From the NCBI GenBank assembly GCA_964403155.1, contig CAYOEG010000001.1, positions 21,550 to 85,549 on the forward strand: DNA of 64,000 nt, in the 5' to 3' direction. Under the pieces are notes generated by a model that had not been told where the DNA came from, ran no database searches, and saw only the letters and a program-made list of their open reading frames with translations. How positions within the stretch are numbered: the stretch's first letter is position 1; the number at the start of each line of letters is the position of its first letter. Below, piece after piece: positions 59,449 to 64,000 of the stretch. The position numbers were made by a program, and so were the translations under genes. Source of the stretch: an uncultured Candidatus Saccharibacteria bacterium (GTDB taxonomy: Bacteria > Patescibacteriota > Dojkabacteria > SC72).

Positions 59449-60093
59449 ATGAAAAATCTCAAACCGCAAAGTTTACTATCAAAGGTCAGCAATATCTATG
59501 TAATCCTAGGCTTTGTATTCATAACAGGAGCATTAGCCTTGATCGCGACTCCAATAATGCCATATATCATATACAGGATTAATCCTGGAGAAACAACAAA
59601 CGAGGTAGAGAAGATATCACAACCAGTTGCTGATAACAATGAAATAAAAGGAGATAATACAAAAACTTTGCCACAATTAGATTCAACGCTTCCAGAAAAA
59701 CCATATGTTCGGATAGGTAAGATAAGTGTTGATTCTCCAATCTCTACAGCTTCTGATTATACCGAAGCATTGAAACAAGGGACATGGCTTGTATCTGGGT
59801 ATGGGACTCCAGAGAACGGAATTTCTCCAATAATCTTAGCCGCACATAGATTTGGATATGTATACTGGGATAATGCAACAAGAGAAAGAATATCATTTTT
59901 TAATCTACCTAAAACACACGAAGGAGATACGATAGATATAATATGGAACCAAAGAAAATATAGCTATGAGATATACCATGAAGAGGAAGGAACACAAATC
60001 ACAGATTACTCCGCAGATCTCATTTTATATACTTGCAAATACTTTAATTCTCCTACAAGGATTTTTAGATATGCCAGGTGGGTAGTCCCATAG
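59449..60093 (+). CDS. Sortase
   Basis: N-terminal TM; IILAAHR, LILYTC, RIFRYA. Confidence 0.85.
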   Translation: MKNLKPQSLLSKVSNIYVILGFVFITGALALIATPIMPYIIYRINPGETTNEVEKISQPVADNNEIKGDNTKTLPQLDSTLPEKPYVRIGKISVDSPISTASDYTEALKQGTWLVSGYGTPENGISPIILAAHRFGYVYWDNATRERISFFNLPKTHEGDTIDIIWNQRKYSYEIYHEEEGTQITDYSADLILYTCKYFNSPTRIFRYARWVVP

Positions 60094-60095
60094 TA

Positions 60096-60124
60096 TTTAC
60101 AATATAGGGTGCAACTGATATAAT
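60096..60124 (+). promoter_or_regulatory. sigma70 promoter
   Basis: TTTACA-17 nt-TATAAT with extended TG. Confidence 0.65.
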
Positions 60125-60156
60125 ATTCTCAGATTTAAGTTAAGTTGCCCTTAAAA

Positions 60157-60390
60157 ATGAGAAAACTTTTATCAGTTCTATCTACTGTAGTTATTCTCTC
60201 CATTTCGAACATTACAATGGTATTAGCCGATGGCAATCCTTATGGTCCTTATGAACCACACAAACCTATTGATACTGGTTTTGAGGATACAGGGGTATTT
60301 TACATCTTGGCTGGTATCGTATTTGTTTTAGGAATGGGTTTCCTAACTACAGCTAAAATCTTGAAGGCTAAGCTTTCCTTACAAAAGTAA
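60157..60390 (+). CDS. Very small secreted protein, candidate sortase substrate
   Basis: Signal peptide ending VLA; PIDTG/FEDTG motif, TM and Lys-rich tail; adjacent to a sortase. Confidence 0.65.
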   Translation: MRKLLSVLSTVVILSISNITMVLADGNPYGPYEPHKPIDTGFEDTGVFYILAGIVFVLGMGFLTTAKILKAKLSLQK

Positions 60391-60448
60391 GGAAAGCCCC
60401 TTCGAGGGGCCGACGGCCTAAATCTCACTATTATTTAAATACATATAT

Positions 60449-61213
60449 ATGATGAAACTATCCTTAATAGTTCCAACATACAAAAAAGAAGACATCGTCC
60501 TGGATCAGTTAGAAAGATTGTACGGATATCTTTCTAGAAAGAATCCAGATTTCGAACTCATCTTTGTAATTGATGGGTATGTTGATAATACTAAGGATAT
60601 TCTTAATACATATATTAATCAGAATAGATTACAGAAGGTTAAGGTTGTAGGTTACAACAAGAATAGAGGTAAGGGGTTTGCTATTAGATATGGTATGAAG
60701 AGAGCTACCGGGGATGTCATCGGTTTTACAGATGCAGATATGGATATCCAGATCAGAACATTGGGCTATGCATTAAACCAAATTAAGAGGGATGGCATTC
60801 ATGTAGTTATACCTTCTAAATTTCATATTGATTCTAATGTTGTAATGTCTCCTAAGAGAGTATTACTTTCTAATGGGTTAATATTCTTGAATAAGATGTT
60901 GCTTACTTTCCCAGAAAATATTTCTGATATTGGTTGTGGCTTAAAACTTTTTAAAAGAGAAGTTGTTAAGAGTATATTACCTAACTTACATGTAGATAGG
61001 TTTGCTATTGACTCTGAGATATTAAATGAAATTGGTAAGTTTGGATATATAGTTGTAGAAATTCCTTTCTTCTTAAACAAGAGTAGAAGTGATAGTACTT
61101 CTACAAATATTAAACAGATTGTTTTAATGGTTAGAGATATTGTTGGTATCTCTTTGAGAAACAGGTACTTGTTTGGTTCTATATATAGATTGTTAAAGAA
61201 GTCGGAGATCTAA
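60449..61213 (+). CDS. Glycosyltransferase family 2 (DPM/DPG-synthase-like)
   Basis: LSLIVPTYK, VIDGYVDNT, NRGKGFA, FTDADMD, DIGCGLK, FAIDSE. Confidence 0.9.
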   Translation: MMKLSLIVPTYKKEDIVLDQLERLYGYLSRKNPDFELIFVIDGYVDNTKDILNTYINQNRLQKVKVVGYNKNRGKGFAIRYGMKRATGDVIGFTDADMDIQIRTLGYALNQIKRDGIHVVIPSKFHIDSNVVMSPKRVLLSNGLIFLNKMLLTFPENISDIGCGLKLFKREVVKSILPNLHVDRFAIDSEILNEIGKFGYIVVEIPFFLNKSRSDSTSTNIKQIVLMVRDIVGISLRNRYLFGSIYRLLKKSEI

Positions 61214-61218
61214 ACCGA

Positions 61219-61350
61219 TAGAATGCCTATACTAATATATAGGTATTCGTTGCTCTTTAAATACATAAATGCGGGAGAGGAGTAGGGGATATTTACAAAA
61301 ATACCAACCTATAGTATAATGTATACATAGTTAAAGACTGCTCTTTAATA
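61219..61350 (+). promoter_or_regulatory. Two tandem promoter/hairpin/boxA-like units
   Basis: TAGAAT(61219), hairpin, TGCTCTTTAAA(61251); then TTTACA-17 nt-TATAAT(61315), hairpin, TGCTCTTTAATA(61339). Confidence 0.65.
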
Positions 61351-61672
61351 AGTAAAAATATTTTCCCACAAGAAATGTGTGCGTATAAGAATTCATAGAT
61401 AGAGATGTTTATCTTTAGTATGAGTTCTTATTTATAAGTACTCAGAACTTTAAAAATGTTTGACTATATGTCAAACAAAAAGCACGATGTGGATTAATAA
61501 TATATATCTTTGTATATATGTTATTAGAGAGAATAGTGTGATTCATTTTATTATCCTTATTCCTTACTTCTCGCATTAATTACATAAACAATATTTTGTG
61601 TGATTGATGTGGGAAGTGGAGGAGACTCGTTCGATTAATCAAAAATTATTCAGAAAGATATAGGAGAAAAAA

Positions 61673-62401
61673 ATGAATACAAAGAAAGCAAGTTTCTGGT
61701 CGGTTATGGGGATAATTTTCGTATCCCTGATTGGGGTTGCAATGCTGGTAGTGATCTACGGTGGAATGTACTTATGGTTGTCAGGAAAAACACTTTCAAG
61801 TGTTATTCCTACAGGCATTAAGACTGTATCTGCTGAAACACTCGAAGCAGCGGCAATCGAAAACATCGGAGAATCAAACGGTTGGGTATCTTTGCCTCTT
61901 ACGGGTGAAGTCCCTGCCACAGATGATCTTGTTCCTGACTTTCCAGCGTCAGTTACATATACGATGGTTCTGAAATTTTCAGATACCTCGGAGGAGACAT
62001 TGGTAATGGGAACAGACTTCGACCTTGAAGACAGACAAGAACTCTGGGACCGAATCAAATTGATCGGCCTGGACGATGTTGTTGTCACAAGCGATTCAAA
62101 CCTGCTGTGGTTCTATAATGGCTACGTGGCTACACTTCCCGCCGGAGAGAATTCTCTCGGTGAGATCTGGAGAGTCGCGATGTCGAACGACCCACTATAT
62201 GATGCCGGATTCTCAATCAGAACTCTTGCAAATGGTTGTTCTGCAACCGCTAGCAAGGGTGATTGGGGTTCTCAGGCTCAAACAGCTGTCTCGAAAGAGG
62301 TTTCAGATTGGCTCTTCGCCAACTGTGCTCAATCTGAGATGGATGAATGGTTAGCTATTCGACAAGAACTTTCCATGCCGGAAAATACTTGGACGAAATA
62401 G
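61673..62401 (+). CDS. Orphan protein with N-terminal TM, enclosed by a structured leader and trailer
   Basis: 242 aa; AGGAGA Shine-Dalgarno; visibly more GC-rich than its neighbours. Confidence 0.75.
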   Translation: MNTKKASFWSVMGIIFVSLIGVAMLVVIYGGMYLWLSGKTLSSVIPTGIKTVSAETLEAAAIENIGESNGWVSLPLTGEVPATDDLVPDFPASVTYTMVLKFSDTSEETLVMGTDFDLEDRQELWDRIKLIGLDDVVVTSDSNLLWFYNGYVATLPAGENSLGEIWRVAMSNDPLYDAGFSIRTLANGCSATASKGDWGSQAQTAVSKEVSDWLFANCAQSEMDEWLAIRQELSMPENTWTK

Positions 62402-62533
62402 CCCAAAATGAAAACCACACGAACCGAGTTGACTAATAAGTCTCCTCCTCTCTCCCACATCGTGCTTGGTTTTCTTTTAAATATATAAAAATATATATCT
62501 AGAAGAGAACTATTAAAATTGAATATACTAAGT

Positions 62534-62563
62534 AAAAGAGTAGGGTAAAACCTACTCTTTTTT
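62534..62563. terminator. Bidirectional intrinsic terminator
   Basis: AAAAGAGTAGG-gtaaaa-CCTACTCTTTTTT between convergent genes. Confidence 0.85.
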
Positions 62564-62564
62564 G

Positions 62565-63401
62565 TTATTTAAACAACCTCCTTACAACTTCAAACACCCC
62601 CATGAACATCTTCGGAGGTAAAATACTAAGAGAATATACACCAACTGTCTCAACCTTCCATTTAACATATTGTCCAACAGTAGGTTTAATATTTAACTCC
62701 TTCATAGCCCACTTCCTAACCTCATTAGTCCTCTTAAAATGATCAACCATCTTAGATTGGGATTGAGTATCAAAAGTCATACGATACTTAAGAATAGTAT
62801 CGGGCATATTATGGAATTCTCCCTTCTGGCTAAGTAAAAAGAAAAACTTAACATCTTCAACCTTCCACATATTCTCTGGATACAAACCCACAGATTCAAC
62901 AGCAGATATTCTTAATGTAACAGCTGGATGAGCAAATGGTTGAAAAAGAAACATGTTTTTCTTAATATCCTTATCTTCAATAGCATATTCTCTATGCCCA
63001 GTAATTCTGCTTTCTGCATCTATGATATCTATCTGACCACCAACAGCCACACAGTTCTGGTTGTTATTTAAATATTCCACCTGTTTTTCCAATCGAGTAG
63101 GGTACATAACATCATCTGCGTCCATACGTGCAATATATTCTCCTTTTGATTGCCTAATCCCTATATTGATTACATTCCCTAATCCATTTTGTTTAGAAAC
63201 AGATATTATCTGAATACGATTATCTTTCTTCTCATATTCCTTAAGAACATCTAATGTCCCATCCTTGCTATCGTCATTCACAATTATTATTTCAATATTC
63301 TGATATGTCTGATCTACACAGCTATCTAAAGCTTCCCTTATATACTTTTCTCCATTGTGTACTGGTATTACTATGGATACTAATGGTCTATTGTCTGACA
63401 T
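62565..63401 (-). CDS. Glycosyltransferase family 2
   Basis: VSIVIPVHN, NDDSKDGT, YIARMDADD, RLEKQ, HPAV, VED. Confidence 0.93.
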   Translation of the reverse strand: MSDNRPLVSIVIPVHNGEKYIREALDSCVDQTYQNIEIIIVNDDSKDGTLDVLKEYEKKDNRIQIISVSKQNGLGNVINIGIRQSKGEYIARMDADDVMYPTRLEKQVEYLNNNQNCVAVGGQIDIIDAESRITGHREYAIEDKDIKKNMFLFQPFAHPAVTLRISAVESVGLYPENMWKVEDVKFFFLLSQKGEFHNMPDTILKYRMTFDTQSQSKMVDHFKRTNEVRKWAMKELNIKPTVGQYVKWKVETVGVYSLSILPPKMFMGVFEVVRRLFK

Positions 63402-64000
63402 ATCTTTTATATTTAAAGATTTTAATTAATATTAGTACAAATTCCAACACTAAAAGTATATACCCTATGTACCCCAAAAGGTTAGGCCAATAGAGAATAT
63501 GTATATTATTAAATTCCACATTAGAGAGATCCCAACCTTGCTTCCATCCGTTAATAGTTACTTTGTTTTTAAGTATTTCTAACTTATCTGTAACAGCTAA
63601 CCAACCACTATCTTCCGCCTGTGGTATGGTAAGAATCGTTCCTTCATTATTACCCATCTTATATATATTTGCTTTGTAATATGTAGAATATATTGGAGAA
63701 CCAATTACAGTTGCCTTAAGTTCAGAAATCTTTCCCGTCTTAGATCCATTATATTGTATGTTCAACCAAGCATCTGGGATATTCATAACTACAAAGTGTT
63801 TAAGGACATTAATTGTATCGGTAGCATAGCTTGTACTATTGTACGATGCATCCAGATTTGCGTAGCCAGATGATGATCTGAATAATCTTGAAACTATACT
63901 AGATTTGTCATCATAGAAGATATCGTCAATCCAACATTTATCATCCCCTTGATATGTTAAACATACTGAAGCCGGGATATTCGAGAGATTCTCTCCCTGC
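63388..64000 (-). CDS. C-terminal part of a large membrane protein (YfhO-like C-terminus); truncated by window end
   Basis: Frame is open to the window end; PQAEDSGWLA...INGWKQGW followed by a terminal TM. Confidence 0.6.
   Translation of the reverse strand, partial: QGENLSNIPASVCLTYQGDDKCWIDDIFYDDKSSIVSRLFRSSSGYANLDASYNSTSYATDTINVLKHFVVMNIPDAWLNIQYNGSKTGKISELKATVIGSPIYSTYYKANIYKMGNNEGTILTIPQAEDSGWLAVTDKLEILKNKVTINGWKQGWDLSNVEFNNIHILYWPNLLGYIGYILLVLEFVLILIKIFKYKRYVRQ

Noticed and set aside
61212-62563. Cassettes read as retrons, group I/II introns or rRNA operon remnants
   Set aside because: No reverse transcriptase or homing endonuclease motifs, no recognisable intron core, flanking genes are intact, and no rRNA sequence is present.
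725-63493. Many short ORFs overlapping or antisense to long genes (e.g. 12530-13036 +, 26905-27456 -, 57275-58096 -)
   Set aside because: Shadow frames of well-supported genes, with no motifs or independent expression signals.

Overview
AT-rich bacterial chromosomal segment read with the standard genetic code. Gene content and style suggest a Patescibacteria/CPR genome, possibly Dojkabacteria-like (inference). It carries housekeeping blocks (recG end, trmH-family, rsmD, thrS-infC-rpmI-rplT, pheST, PBP1A, hisS, mutS, tig-clpP, tRNA-Val(GAC), dus, Clp ATPase, rpmF-nusB-rnc-rpsP-khpA, holB-like, gyrB/gyrA), a type IV pilus cluster, two sortases and glycosyltransferases. Small islands of orphan genes sit between these blocks. 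Main observations: (1) Two unrelated orphan ORFs (21484-21957 and 61673-62401) share one non-coding architecture: sigma70 promoter, small hairpin, boxA-like motif, G-U-rich hairpins, and perfect 13-14 bp pairings between 5' leader and 3' trailer that would loop out the whole ORF, plus an alternative local trailer fold. (2) A DUF3800 gene and a putative nuclease gene converge on a promoter-driven ~90 nt structured RNA. (3) Orphan genes lie behind duplicated 3' tails of clpP and, weakly, gyrB. (4) Synonymous-site G/T versus A/C skew appears to converge on each island. All assignments come from motif recognition and hand counts; no searches were run.
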